A DNA stretch of 63,780 nucleotides, filler included, from Bigelowiella natans CCMP2755 (Eukaryota; Protista; Cercozoa): the NCBI GenBank assembly GCA_000320545.1. It is 6 parts of 6 records of this genome, joined end to end, with 100 filler letters (N's around TTAATTAATTAA, not from the genome) between each part and the next. Parts side by side here need not be neighbours in the genome. Positions count along the whole stretch, not along the records: positions 1 to 24,404 come from ADNK01002833.1; 5 more parts are not named here. One strand, given 5' to 3'. Shown one piece after another: positions 1 to 13,713 of this stretch (positions are counted from its first letter, which is position 1; every line of letters begins with the position of its first letter). Below the pieces are notes generated by a model that did no database searches, was not told the origin of the DNA, and saw nothing but the letters and a program-made list of their open reading frames with translations. The translations under genes and the position numbers were made by a program.

Positions 1-18
1 GCCCCCCCCCCCCCCCAG

Positions 19-421
19 CGGTCCGTCATGTTCGAATTGTTTCGCTTTCATACGAGGCACCTCGACGAGCATCCAGAGCTTTGCATCTTGGCATATAAAC
101 ATAGCAACTATATGCAGGTGGCAGCAGCAGCAGAAATAGTATGAATATACTACTACTACTACTACTACTACTACTATTATTACCACTACTGCTGCTCTTA
201 GCACTAAATAAAAGCAAATCAGCATATATATAACAAAAGCTATTGTTTGCTGGCACACTGGGTGCAGGTGCTACAGTTTACGGAGTTTCAGTATCGCCTC
301 ACACACTCACTGGCCCTAGCAATGTCCAATAAGGAGCAGATGGCCGCCAACCTTGCAAGTGCGCCAATAAAGAACATTAGTTGTTGTATAAGGAGTAATA
401 GTGCTAGGGCTTCTATTGACA

Positions 422-467
<46 letters not shown>

Positions 468-1561
468 TTCTTCTCTCTCATTTTCTCTATCTCTCTTTCT
501 CTCTCTCTAATGTGCACATACATACATCTCCGTACACCACTTAGTGTTCTTTTAGACAAATAGCTTCTCGTGTTGTCATTCATCTCGTAGATGCAGCTCG
601 GTGCTGCAAAAAGGACCTAAATACTGATCGCTCCATTGTTTTTCCGGTTCGTCTCCCCACCCCCATCCCCCGATTCATTAGCGACCGTGCCGATATTTCC
701 TGTGCTCTCGAAGGTGCTTTCCGGCGACAGCAGCAGCTCCTCCACTTCTGGCTCCCACGAGAGGAAAGTAAGGTTTCCGCCGCCCATTTCCAAGCGCGTG
801 AAGGATTGGGACAAGGCTGCCAAGGACAACTACAATGACAAAGACGAGAAAGAAGCCAGATACGCGCCCGATTTTAGCCGAGAAGTCGTGATGAATCTTG
901 ACCTCGAAGCGGTAGTATATAGTAAGTAGTTGTAGCAGCAGTAGAAGCAGTAGCAGTAGCAATAGTAGCAGTAGCAGTAGCAGCAGCAGCAGTAGTAGTA
1001 GCAGTGGATTTGTACGGCCAGTATATCTGTAAATCCCGCCATTTTTGATGAGAAAGGGGGGAAACCTGGCACACAGGGGAAGGGGCAGAAGCGTGTGATG
1101 CACGACCGTTAAGATTTCTGTATCTGTTTCAATCATCAGCTGAGGGTATGGGGTCCTTGCCCTTCGCCCTCTCCCTCCTCCTTGACCTCGCCCCCTTCAC
1201 TGAATACGCGACTGAACCGGCCTGGCCACGCGCTCTCCCTCGACTCCTTCCTGCCCCCCCTTGGCGCGGGGCCGTCCGTTGAAACACCGGACACCAGCGA
1301 GGCGCCCCCTGCCTGCATGGGCGACTTGCACTATCTTGGTCTTCGGGATGCGTTGGAGGTTGGGGTGGCGGCAATGATCTCGAGAAAGGTGAAGGATATC
1401 GAGCTCACGGAAGCAAGAATACGTCGCCATGTAAGGGCACTTGGCTGGTTCGCCTTTGGGGAGGACGGTGACGATGCTGCTTGCCTGTGGGAGCTGGTAC
1501 AGTACCATAGCTGAATGGGAAGACGATTACGCTGCTATTGTTATGACAACGGCATCTCTCA

Positions 1562-1599
<38 letters not shown>

Positions 1600-2325
1600 A
1601 CCCCCCTTTGGCGTGTGTGTGTGTGTGTGTGTGTTTGTGTGTGTGACATCAATCATTCCCAGGTACTGAACGTGGTGAGCGCATTCTCTGCGTTTCTCAC
1701 CTTGCTGCAGCCTCAACCTAGTGCTAGCAACAGCGGCACTGCGCCAACTTGGGGCTCAGTCGCCGCCCAAATTGCTTCGATTTCCCGTCGATTCTCTGCA
1801 TGTGTTGGCCACATCCTCGGAGTATCTTCCTCATCCTCATCCTGCTGCAGTGATGTGATAGCGGGCCAGGCAATCCCATACTTGAGCTGTTTCGTACAAA
1901 CGGCACTGGTTTGGGTAGCCATTGGCTTCCAGGCACTTGTAGGGGCATTTCCGGGGAAAAAGGACCTGAAGAAACGTCGCACCGCGGCGGAAAAGGCCAA
2001 TGCTTCCTCGGAATTCGATTCTGGTGTGGACGCGGTGAAGACAGCCTTGCGACAGGGGCTCAAACAAGCGACGCATGGCCTCGAGAAACTATCGAAGTTC
2101 CTCGCTACGGATCAGGGAGATGATGCGAAGAAGTCCACCGACGGAAAGCAGGTTCAGAGCGAGAACACGTTGCAAGTTGTCGTAAAGGAGCTGGCGGGAG
2201 AGGAACATGCAGAGTTGCGGCGACGCGTAGAAAAAATGCAAAGGGACAGCATAAACGGAAGTGCGAAAGAAATGCTGCAGTGTGTCGACGAAGCCTACAA
2301 GATTCTAGGGGCAATCGAAGCCTGA
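19..2325 (+). CDS. NAA25: NatB N-terminal acetyltransferase auxiliary subunit (NAA25/MDM20), multi-exon, 5' truncated
   Basis: Exons 19-117 and 268-~358 joined by a GT-AG intron give FRFHTRHLDEHPELCILAYKHSNYMQ|VLQFTEFQYRLTHSLALAMSNKE, resembling the NAA25 segment LRFFHSNQKDTSEYIIQAYKYGAFEKIPEFIAFRNRLNNSL (recalled). Further exons end at TGA 2323-2325. Confidence 0.75.
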
Positions 2326-3279
2326 TATTGCCATTGGCGGTCCAAGTTCAGAGAAATGGAACGTACTATACGTATAGCTGCGTTGGATTGGGCGGCTGGA
2401 TAACGACCGATGACGATGCGACTAGCGCTTGCTAGCTCATCTATTTTAGGTAAGGCTGTCTGTCTGTATATCTGTACTCGCTTTCGTATTAACAAATGAG
2501 AATCCTATGTGACGTGCTCGATTCCTGCCTGATCGATGCAGCAAGAGCAAGCGAGCCGCCACCGTGACACGTGCCCGGCGTACTTACACAGCTAGACAGC
2601 CGCAATGCGGCGTCACATAGTCGCTCTCACAATGCTAAAGCGTGTGCGGTGGTTTGCCACATAATAACCGAATAACCGAATATAAGGCTCGTGACATCAT
2701 CTAGACACATCTAGACATATAAGCGCATCCGCGCACAAATCTAGTTCCTGCTGGCCTGGCATAGATGCCATCTCAACGCATGTAGGCTACAGCAGTATCA
2801 TAGCGGTAAATGGTACAAGCAGCGAGTAAGTCTATATGATACTAGCTAGCTAGGTTTTACTTACAGCATAGTTTATAGCTCAGCTAGCAAATGCGAACCG
2901 ATGCGCACGCGCGGCATCGATGTGAATGCAAGGCATACGTACTATAGCTGCAGAATGCTATAATGGACGCTAGTGCTCTACTCAGACACTGAGCAGGTAT
3001 ACACTTGCTGAGGTAGGGATGGCGGCATATACACGGGGTGTAGCGTCCGTACACAGTTGTGTATGCCAGCAAAGCAATGTGCATGTTTTTACACATATGT
3101 ATTTCTGATAACTTGATCATGTATTTTGTACCATAACACGCATCAGATCTAGAACATAGTCAATCATGATCTCACACGTTGCATCCAATAGCATGCGCAA
3201 CGGGATCACCGAATCGAAACGCGAATTTTGAATTTGCACTGTCTTGGCGGCTTGACAAGCGATGTTCTCCATCTTCGTC

Positions 3280-4420
3280 TAGTCGTACTTGTTGGTACCC
3301 CACATCATACGTGGTATACCGACTGCGAAAGTTGCACTAATAATTTTGATGGGTAATAAATCAGACGTTATTCAGGCATGACTAGCAAGTGCTCTTACCC
3401 CATGGAAACAATAGTCACGAGAGCACCAATCCTGTGGCTTCGTACATGCTTTGCGACCTGTTGGGAAAATTCATGAGCATTCGGGATTACATTAAAGTGT
3501 GACGCATTGAGTACCCTGAGGTAAGTCTTTGGTCCACCATGGTGAGAGGTGTGGCCAACCGTCTTTACGTCTGTCATGATTTTGTTTGGCGCATCATTCG
3601 TGCCCTGAACAAAGGAAAATATTTCAACCACCTCATTCAGGTGTCCACTCAAAGCTATATTAATATTGGCATTAATTATCTTTTTTTGGTTCTCTATAAT
3701 CCTTTTTCTGCGTTGATCTGGGGGGGGGGGGGCACCTTGACTAAGGATTCCAACATCCTCCTTTTATCAGATGGTTTGTGTGAGTTGCGAGGGAGTGAGA
3801 ATAAGGATTTTAATATCATTTTTTTGTATTTGCATTTTTTTATTATGTCGTATCAATGTTTGATAGTGCATTAGGGATCTTCTCCAGTTCATTCTGCCTA
3901 CATGAAACTCTATGTGGTCAGATCCAAGCAGCGAACAGTATTTCTGCTGTGGATTTATTGTGTACATGTTGATGATTACAATGGTATTTTGTATTAACGA
4001 CAGGATAATTTACCGAATAAACTTATAAATTAGGTACTTACTTAGATATCAGCTGAAACCCCAGATCTGGTTCAGTTTCCAGTTCAACCAAGCGCAATCT
4101 CCAAATGCTACTTCCATACAATTTTTCCTACTAAATTCAAAAATTCTCGGTAGTATTAGATAATAATTTATAATAGAGACATCATAATATCTTAGTTTCT
4201 TGTTTTTTAGCCCTTCCAAAAGGATTTTTTGATACTGTCATATGCTAATATGTATCTTAAAGAGCTGCATGCCCCGCCTTCTTACGTCAGGGCAGTTTTT
4301 AGCACCGAAACATTCGTACAGCTCGTATTCATCTACTCCACCACGACGATGCGTCAATGCCTGGAGGAAGGCTTCATTCTGCAGACTGCGACAAGCATAA
4401 TCACGCAAAACGAGGATCAT
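3280..4420 (-). CDS. Hypothetical multi-exon protein with possible C-terminal hydrophobic segment
   Basis: Several short minus-strand reading frames are bounded by GTAAG donors and AG acceptors (e.g. RIGALVTIVSM|VGIPRMMWGTNKYD*). Lies divergent from the 4633 gene. No family recognised. Confidence 0.35.
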
Positions 4421-4632
4421 TCACAGGCCCTTCCCTGTCACATCTGGATAGCGATTTCTCAGCTGACGTTCGAACCACCGATCGAGCCGATCACGCTTTC
4501 TGCAATTCGCGCCTCCCGCCGCAGCTTCGGAAGGGGCGAGGCGGGGCGGGAGAATAAGGAGCAGGATATTGGGCCCGATCCTGAGATTAGAAAACTAGCG
4601 ACGTTGTGTCGGAGAGTGATTAGCCCATTAAT

Positions 4633-6724
4633 ATGCAACCAGGGAGGCGATGGACCGTGCTACTGATCTCTCTTGCAATAGTCGTGCTCCTGACCCTCGG
4701 TTCGGCCGTGGAACTGAGGTTCCAGCTATTTCATCGCACGGTGTGGAATGAGAGAGGCTTGCGACGATTCTCCGATTTGCCTTCCACAGTTGGGTTCTTG
4801 AGCTCGTCCACCTCCTTGAACGGTAGTAGTGCAGGAGAAGAAGCAGAGTTCAACTCCTCTGGAAAGACGACGACGGTGGTGGCGACGAAGATAACGACGA
4901 CAACGACCACGAATCTAGGTGAAAATCGTAAACAGAATGAAAGCCATCCACAAGCGCCTCCCTCAGATTTACCTGTTAAGAATCCAGACAGGGCTCCAGA
5001 TTCGATGCGAGTGAAGAAGACAGAGGGGGGGGAGGACACTGAGGAGGGGGGGGAGGAGGAGGACACTGAGGAGGGGGGAGAGGAAGAAGAGGCTAGTGAA
5101 AGCAGTGAGTACAAGGGGACTAAGGAGGTAGATACAGGAGATATTTCGAAGCCGCATCGACCGTCAGATAATAGAAATTCGTCACACGGAAGCATAGCAG
5201 CCGTATGGGAGCACTACGCCAGGAGACAGCCTTCCGATGATAGCCTTATGAATGAGGAAACCCGGACAGAGATGATTAAGCATACTTGGCAGGAACAGCG
5301 GGGGAAAAGATTCGATGCGAAGGTAGTAGCAGCGGTGTACCATATGACCTTCTAGGCAGAAAGTTGAATCGAAGTAATGATGACCCACACCGCCCTCTAT
5401 CGTTTAATTTCATAGGCAGATCTTGGCGCAGCCATAGAGTCGGCGTTGATTGAGTTAGGAGATTGCGAATCGAATAGGATTGGCGAGGGAGAACTATCGT
5501 GTGGCAGTCCTTTATTCACTTGCGACGGGCTCGAGCGCACGCTTCATCGCATCAAAACACGTGCCAAGAAAGGAATTACCCCTGTGATTACGCAGGGACC
5601 GGAGAGGGGCGACGGTGGGTTGTTTTTCATTGAAATAGAGGCTTTGCATTACTTCCTCCCTTCTCTTTCTTTTCGTCTACTATTCCGTCTATGATACGAT
5701 GATACGACGATCAAGATGGCCTTTGACGATTGGTGATGGTCAGGGATAGGTTCGCGTGTGTGGGCGCGAATACAAGTCATGGTGCTTGCTCAAGCATTGG
5801 GATTCGATTACGCACATGTCCCTATCAGAGACCAGGTGAGAACGAATGAAAGTGTGCGATCCAGTGTAAATGCACATCAAAGTGCCATCTTCATCATCCT
5901 CCTCCTCTTTTCACCATCATCTTCATATATTATTATTACTTAATATTATTACTACTACTTCTACTGCTGCTGCTGCTGCTGCTGCTGCGATCAACATGCT
6001 AATGCTCATTTAAGGTGCCGGTGTTTGGGCCTACGCTGGGAGGTCAGCACTTTATCAATTGGTACGTGGACGATGAAAAAGTACAGAAGGGGGGCGGGGG
6101 TTAGGGTTAGAGAGGAGAAAGAAGTATTCTTGGAGAAAGAAAAAGAAATTAAACATGTTTAGAAAACGCACAATATCAGCAATTTAAATTAAATGTGCAC
6201 ACACGTTGTGTGTGTGTGCTTTCGTTGGTGTTAGGGATGAGTTTCTGAACTTGGGCGAGAGCTTTCCATCCGCTCTAGTAGTAGCGGCGACTACACCCAA
6301 AACCACATCTGCTTCAGCAGAACGTCACAAATCTGACGGCGAAGACGACGAGGACGAAGATGATCGTCCTCTATTTGTCGCTGGGGGATTCAAGCATGTA
6401 GATATTGTGCAGCTTCTTTCTGGGGAGCTGTTTAAGGCTGGACGGAGCTCTCGCAGGGAGCTTTTTGCGCTCGACCACGGCAGCGTAATGGCTGCAACTG
6501 TGCATGCATAGAAAATATGTATGCATGCATGTATAGTATCATCATTACTCAATTATTAACTACTACTACTACTACTACTACTACTCCACTACTGTTACCC
6601 GTACTTGCACATATGAGATTTGTCTGACCACTTATGTGTGCACATTGAAACCAGATATTTGCCGATGACACGTGCCTCCGCCATCACCTCGACGAAGCTT
6701 ACCGTGTGGTAGTACCAGCTCTTT

Positions 6725-6755
<31 letters not shown>

Positions 6756-8597
6756 GTGATGATGACAAAACAAGGCTCCACAATCACTCGTATAATATCA
6801 AAGGACGGCATTACTCGATGTGTGTCTTCAAGCTACAGCATCTTATTAGTGAAAAGCCATGTTGCACCTAGCCGCCCTCCTGCACGTCTATGTCTGCTCT
6901 CGCTGTACTTGTTGGCTTCCCCATGCTCGCTCACCATCCCCCACCCCCATTTCCTCCCAGGTCAATGAGAATCTATACAGAAACTTCGCTCTTGCCGCGG
7001 AAAGGAGGAGGAGAGCCTATTTTGAGGGGGGGGGGAGGGTGGGAAGAAGGGAAAGAGGACAAAGCGAAACGGAGGGCAGGAAGTGCCGACGATTGCGTGT
7101 GGATATAACGACAATTTCCTCGACGTTGCTTTCCATATCCGCAGAGGCGATGTCCTGCCTGGCCCTCCGGAGAACATCACTCGATGTGGGCATGCTGTGT
7201 ATTCGAGTGCTGCACGAGCTAGCAACCACGAGCTGCGTGACCCTTTCTTTTCCAACAACTGGGCAAAGCGAGGGAACGAAATGCGGTATTAGTCACCGAC
7301 GTAGTAGAAGTAGCAGTAGTAGCAGTAGCAGATGCTGTGGGACTTGTGGCAGGAGCTCTTATTTCGCGTGTAGAGACGACGATTTCCTTGTTCCTTTGTT
7401 TCTGTCTTTTGCCGCTATTTGTCACCATCGTTGATGAATATCCTACCATCATCATCATCATCATCATAATCATCGTCGTCGTCGTCATAACCATCAGCAC
7501 ACTCACCATCAATCGCAACCGCAGCCTAACAATCTCCATCACGATCGTCATTTCTGTCGTGCTTTGTCTTTGTTTTTCACTGATATGCAATTGTCGCGAA
7601 GGTTCTATCGAAACCTGATGAACGACATCATGGCGCACGCAGCGCTGATCGGTGTTCGGCCTCGCTTCCACATATTCTCCCAAACTTCTCGAGCTCCGCC
7701 TTCCTGCGCTCACGCCTACGTCGAGGACTTTCCAGAGCTGGAGTTTCTCGATGACCCTCCTATTGGATCTACAGGAGAAGGGGAGGGGGGAGGAGGAGGA
7801 GGAGGAGGAGGAGGAAGAGGACAAGGAAACATTCCAGGTAGTAGGAGTAGGGTCCGTCGTCTGGAACTTTGGGCAAAAATGCGTGGATTCGAGCCTTTGC
7901 GCCACGCAGAGCTGGCCGGTGAAGAGGCCCCTGTGATCAGAGTCGTACTCAACTCCGACCCCACGGAGGCCTTTCAGTGCCTGCAATCGGCAGATGTGCT
8001 GGCTGTTGCTAAATCGACGTTCTCCATGGCCGCTGCTATGTTCTCCTCGCCTGACCAGGTGTGAGGCTAGTAGGTGGGAGGTGGTGGGAGGTGGTAGCAA
8101 GAGCGGAGATGTTGTTGTTGATGATAATGATGATGGCGATAGTGATGATGGATTATGACTATGTGGTGATGATGCGGTGAGGGCTGGATTTGCTAGATAA
8201 TGCCTCCTGTAAGCACCTTCCGAGCAACCGTTCGAATCGGGCCTCACCCCCCCCCCTCTCCTCTCTTTCTCTCTCTCTCTTTCCCTCCGACACTAATCTC
8301 AAAAATGCAACACACGAAGGTCCGCATCTATCCGCCCCCAACGAAGGGTTGGGAGCACCTTGGCGCCGGTGGCCTCTGGCTGTATGCGACGGAAGAGGGA
8401 AATCTAAGGGATAAAAATAGCCTTTTCGAACGAATAAACGCACTCAATGGCCCCAGACTCGGAAGGGCAATCTCGGAGGATGACGTGTTCTTCTCTGTAG
8501 AAGAAGAAGAAGAACGAGAAGAAGAAGAAGATGCGAAAGCGAAGCAGCAGGGAGATAGTAGCGGTGGACAAAAGCTACCTGAAGAACCATCTTCTCC

Positions 8598-8634
<37 letters not shown>

Positions 8635-10091
8635 CCTTTGACAACGACGTACAAAGGGCGTGTCGGCGCCTTCCATGGGATGGGCATGCGACTGTACCAC
8701 AACTTCAGCAAGGTCAACTTCTGGAGCACGCCTGTTTTTGACCACAACACGCCCAAGTGCTCCTCCGACTACGGCGCCATTCGCTACCTCGGACGCGCGC
8801 ACAGCGAGAGCGAGTGCATCGATATGTGCTTGGAGGCCATGGCGAGGGGTGACATCGCACCCTGCTGGTCCGTCACCTACTTTCCTGATGAGCACCAGCG
8901 CTTCGAGTCCGCCGTGGATGAGGCGCGCATGTGGTGAGAACGACGACGACGACGAAGAAGAAGAAGAAGAAGAAGAAGAAGTCAATAACCACAATAATAA
9001 CGATGATGATGATGGTGATGATGACGATAGCAATAGCAACAGCTGCGAGGATGGTGGAGAAGGAAGACAGAGCGCAGAGATTCATCATCAATGTTGTCCT
9101 CCCCCCCCCCCCCCCCCTCCTTCTCCGTCCCCAAACTAATATCAGGTACACGGACGATAGGCGGTGCGCACGACAGTGTTTCGCCATCACAGAGCCTGGA
9201 GCGGGGGGGCTGGATCACATGCCCGGGGTTGCACACAACCATAGCGCCATGTGCTTGATGTTTGTCATATAAATCATCATGGTACTACACGGTGACGAGA
9301 GACTACTTGAGTCGCTATGTATAAGCTTCTTCTCTCGCCTCATGCCGCCTTGGCCCTTGCCCGCAGGTAACGTCCGTGGATTTGCTGCTCGGCTGCTATG
9401 ATGACACAGACTGTTCCGCGAATGGAAGGTGCGTCTTCGCTAACGACGACGGCACCCCTCCCCCCTACTCCCGACCCGGTGGAAGGTGCGAATGCGAGGG
9501 GCCATGGGGGGGGAGCAGGTGCGAGGTCCTTCGGGTAGGAAAGCCGGAGTCGAAAAGCAAGACCGGGTAGACAACAAGAACAACAACAAGAACAACAACA
9601 AGAACATCATCATGAACAGCCACACCGTAACTGCAAATGCTCGCACAAACACGCACAATTGCTCTGCGACAGCTACCAGCCTTCGCTTCCCGCGATGTTT
9701 CATAAGGAGAAGGAGGAAGACGACCAGGGCCGCTCCCTCTATGCAGAACCCGGGGATGCTATGGCGCCCGACGGCGAGCAGCAAACGGATATGATGCCCT
9801 CCTCGTAAGAAGAATGAGAAATATGTATTGTCGTCGTCGTGGTGGTGTCGTTCCTATTACCATTATTTCCTTCCTATTACCATCATTATCACGTGGGGAT
9901 TGGCATCCACGAGAAGTGTCGCTCGCTCGCTCGCTCACTCGCTCACTCTCTCCCTCCCTCCCTTCCGCTCGCTGCCATCATCGTTGTCGTGCGCAGGTCA
10001 TGGGGCGGCACCGTGATACGCGGAGACGATGGGATGTACCACATGTGGGTGTCGGAGATGAGCGACCACTGCGGCATTGTAAGAGCAACAA

Positions 10092-10126
<35 letters not shown>

Positions 10127-11382
10127 AGTAATGGTAATGATAATGACAACAATAACAACAATAATCAACAAGAAGAACAACAAAAGAGGCAAAAGCACCC
10201 TCATCCATCCATCGTAAATCCTTAGAAAAACCACCCCCCGCTTCTCATCCTCCTCCTCATCTTCTTCTTCTTCTTCTTCTTCTTCTTCTTCTATCTTCGT
10301 GTACGGAACCCCCCCCCCCCTCCTCCCCCCCCGCTAAAAATGGCGATGTTTTTCGTCTCTCTGACCAGGTTGCCTGGGGCTGGAATTCGCGCGTAATACA
10401 TGCAACCTCGGCTGAGGCGGATGGGCCTTACCAGCGAAAGGCTATTGTGTGGAATATCTTCGCTCATGAGCCACGCGTAGTGCCTGTGCCTCTGGAAAGC
10501 AGTAGCAGCAGCAGCGAGGAGGAGAGCGGGGAGAAGGAAGATGTGCCCCGGACGCTCGCCATGTTCTTTACGTCTGACTTGAATAGGAAGACAGAACGGC
10601 GTTGCTCCTGCTGTCGTAAGACACGCTGCGACGGCTCTACAGGTGGTGGCAGATGATGATATGATGATGATGATGATGATGGTGGTGGTGATGGTGATGG
10701 ATTTAGAGGAGAGCTCAGGGTAAAAAAGAAGCAGCATGCTTTTCTTTGGCCTTGACTGCACACTACTACCCTTGCATACATCATAAAGGGTCATCCCATC
10801 CCCCCCCCCCCCCCCTCCCTCAAGAATTGATGTCGATTCTTGCAGCTCTCCTCGCCTTTGCGTGGACATATCATTGAATAAGTACGACTTACACTGCTCC
10901 CATTTCCCTCCACCATGGCCCCCATCCATTCCCCCCCATCATTTACAGAGGAGGGTGATTGCCCGTTCAAGCGCATAGATGAGCACGGCGGTGCGGTCGA
11001 TGAAGTGGAGCAAAACTCAGCCACGTGCGTATAGTAACATGTTTTCCGTCGTCGTTCTTTGGTGGAATAATAAATATAGAATGAGCGGGAGGGGTGGGGG
11101 GCACAAAGTTGAAGAATCAGATGATATGGTGATGACCATTTCCTCCTCTCTCCCTCCCCCCCTCCCTTATCAAGATACGTGAGCGAGGCAAATTCTACGA
11201 ATGGTCCGTGGAGTGCGCCGAGAAGGGTAACACATGGGGACGCCAACCTATCCCCCATCATCTTCCCAGACGGATCGCTGCTCGCGCTGGCGAGGACCTG
11301 GGGCGTTCAAGGGTACTTACTGCATAGAAGGAGGAGGAGGAGGAGGAAAACATGAGAATTTTGAAGTCACGTCAAGATATTT

Positions 11383-11413
<31 letters not shown>

Positions 11414-11801
11414 TATACATATGTGTTGTTGTATGTGTGTCGTTGTGTGAAAAGAACACCAACCTCATGATCATCATGATCATCATGATCATCCAGGTCC
11501 TACGGATCCCACATGCACATGGTCGTCGCGAAGGACTGGCGTGATCCTTCTACTTATCGAAAAGTGACAGGTAGCCGCTGTGCCTTCCATGCCATCAGCG
11601 GCAGCAGTAGTTAGTCATAGGAGGTGTTCCGTCATCGTGTACTTGTCAATGCCACCCCTACGCGGGGAGAGGGGAGGGGGGGGGGGGGGGGGGGAGGGTA
11701 GGAAAGAAGAGGAGGGGGAGGAGGAAGAAAGCTGCGTTGTGCTTTGCATATTTCACCATCCTCGATCACCGTGCACTACTGTCTACTTAATAGATCTTAT
11801 A

Positions 11802-11840
<39 letters not shown>

Positions 11841-12865
11841 AGGCCGTGGCCCTCCAAGAAGAAGAAGTCCTCGATCATCTTCTTCATCTTCCACATCGGG
11901 GGGGTGGGGTGGGCACAGGTTCACTGCGTGGGATGGTGACATATTCTACCAGATCGGATCTGCGGGCGTCGAGGACCCGTTCTTGTACCAGGACGGCAAG
12001 GGCACTGTGCACGCGCTTTTCCACCACATGTGGGGGTACGACGCAGAGAGGGGAGAGGAAGAAGGGGAGATGACTAATATTGATGACGATGACGACGACG
12101 ATGGCGGTGGTGGTGGTGGTGGTGGTGGTGATGATGATCCCTGTGCTCACACGATGAATGGAGCTGTTGTTCCCTACAATCATAACACTACCCGCAAGAA
12201 ATAATGCCATTGCACGTTAGCACATCGCCCCCACCCCCATTGTCTTATATATACCTATATATATATATATATATCCTCGAAGGTCTGGCTCTTGGAACCG
12301 ATGGTGGTCACGGACGACAGGTGGGCATGCGTTTTTGCACATTCCCTCAACGTCCTCCTCCTCCTCCTCCTCCTCGTCTTCGTCGTCGCAAAAGCTCAAG
12401 AGGAAGAAACGCGAATCGGAAGCCGAATTCCGCGCTCGCGTCGGCCATTGGATCTACACTGGTGTTGCTTGGGGGGATGAGTCCGCTGTGACTCCAAACC
12501 AACGACGATATAAGGTAACTACACTAATTGATGGGTACCTTGTTGCAGGCGCGTCTTGCCCTCCAAAAGAAATGAGCCCCCCCACACACACGCATATATA
12601 GGTAGAATACCTAGACGGCGAAGTGGAAAGAATGACCAGACTTGAGCGCCCACATTTCATCTTCCCGGGCATATACGAGCACCATGGCACACCGACCCAC
12701 CTCGTTGTATCAGCGCAAACGGGTAGAGGCATTGGCAGCACAGTGGAGAGCTCAGAGGGCGTGAAATGGCTCGACGACAAGACACACACCGCTGTTCTCC
12801 CGCTCATTGGTAGTAGCAATAGCAGCAGTAGCAGTAGTAGTAGTAGTAAAACAAAGGCAAATTAG
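4633..12865 (+). CDS. Secretory-pathway multidomain glycoenzyme: signal anchor, fucosyltransferase-like (HIRRGD) domain, PAN/apple-like Cys domain, EGF-like domain, GH43-like five-bladed beta-propeller
   Basis: About 17 exons can be spliced in phase by GT-AG rules. Motifs: DGIGSRVWARIQVMVLAQALGFDYAHVP, WDEFLNLGE, DVAFHIRRGDV, ADVLAVAKSTFSMAAAMFS; CYDDTDCSANGRC..CECEGPWGGSRC; SSWGGTVIRGDDGMYHMWVSEMSDHCGI, NSRVIHA, FAHEP, VEDPFLYQD, GGHAF, RLERPHFIF. One frameshift falls at the G10 run 7026-7035. Confidence 0.75.
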
Positions 12866-13159
12866 CGCTGCTGGCGCGTACGTGTTGATCGCCGCCGAGC
12901 ACATTTTTCAAATTATCATTAGGAGACTGTAAATGAATTTCATGAATTCCATGCTTGTTGTAAATGCTATGGCTTTGCAAGTGCACGGTTTAAGTGCAAG
13001 CACTATCTATACATCCAGCTATTGTATCATTCCCTCATTGAATGTACTAAGTTGCCATAATTGCAGCAGATGATACGATGCTCCTTTGTATCTCTATTGT
13101 ACATACTTCGTATGGTGCTTTAATATGAATGGCGCACTGTTGGCGCATGCATCTAGACA

Positions 13160-13211
<52 letters not shown>

Positions 13212-13713
13212 ATACATCTATACATATATGCATTTCGGTGCGGTGACGATATTAGTTAAGACTTCTTTGTTTTTTTACGTGGTTACAACACAACTGGCAT
13301 TTGCACTAGAAGCCGTTCATCTCTATTTTACACAACAGTTGCATATCTTGCGAAAAGACTGCTAATGCTTATTGATATGGGACGAATTAAATGACAAAGT
13401 TTGACGGGGCTACTTGACGGGGCTAGAATACTCCCTAATGGATATGGTATTTAAATGCTATCTTTTGTAAGAATTAATAATTGCAAGAACTACAAATCGT
13501 GTACGTAATGAGACTTAGCTGATGCGCTAGTCTGGACTTTACTCTAAACCAAGAATGAATATGGAAACTCTTGAATTTTTCTCCCAACCACAGGGGAAAA
13601 AGGGGGGGGGGGGCTAGCCTTGATTCTTGAAAATGGGACGGCTCTCCACAGCGATGATGCGGAAACAGCTTTCATAACTTATAATATGTTGGAGAGGAAG
13701 AGATACTGATCGG

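Noticed and set aside
7026-7035. Programmed frameshift or pseudogene in the glycoenzyme gene (similar case near 58045)
   Set aside because: The break falls in a long G/C homopolymer, so a sequencing length error is more likely. Reads are needed to decide.
7219-8247. 342-aa minus-strand ORF and similar SSR-derived ORFs
   Set aside because: It is antisense to well-supported exons and driven by triplet repeats.
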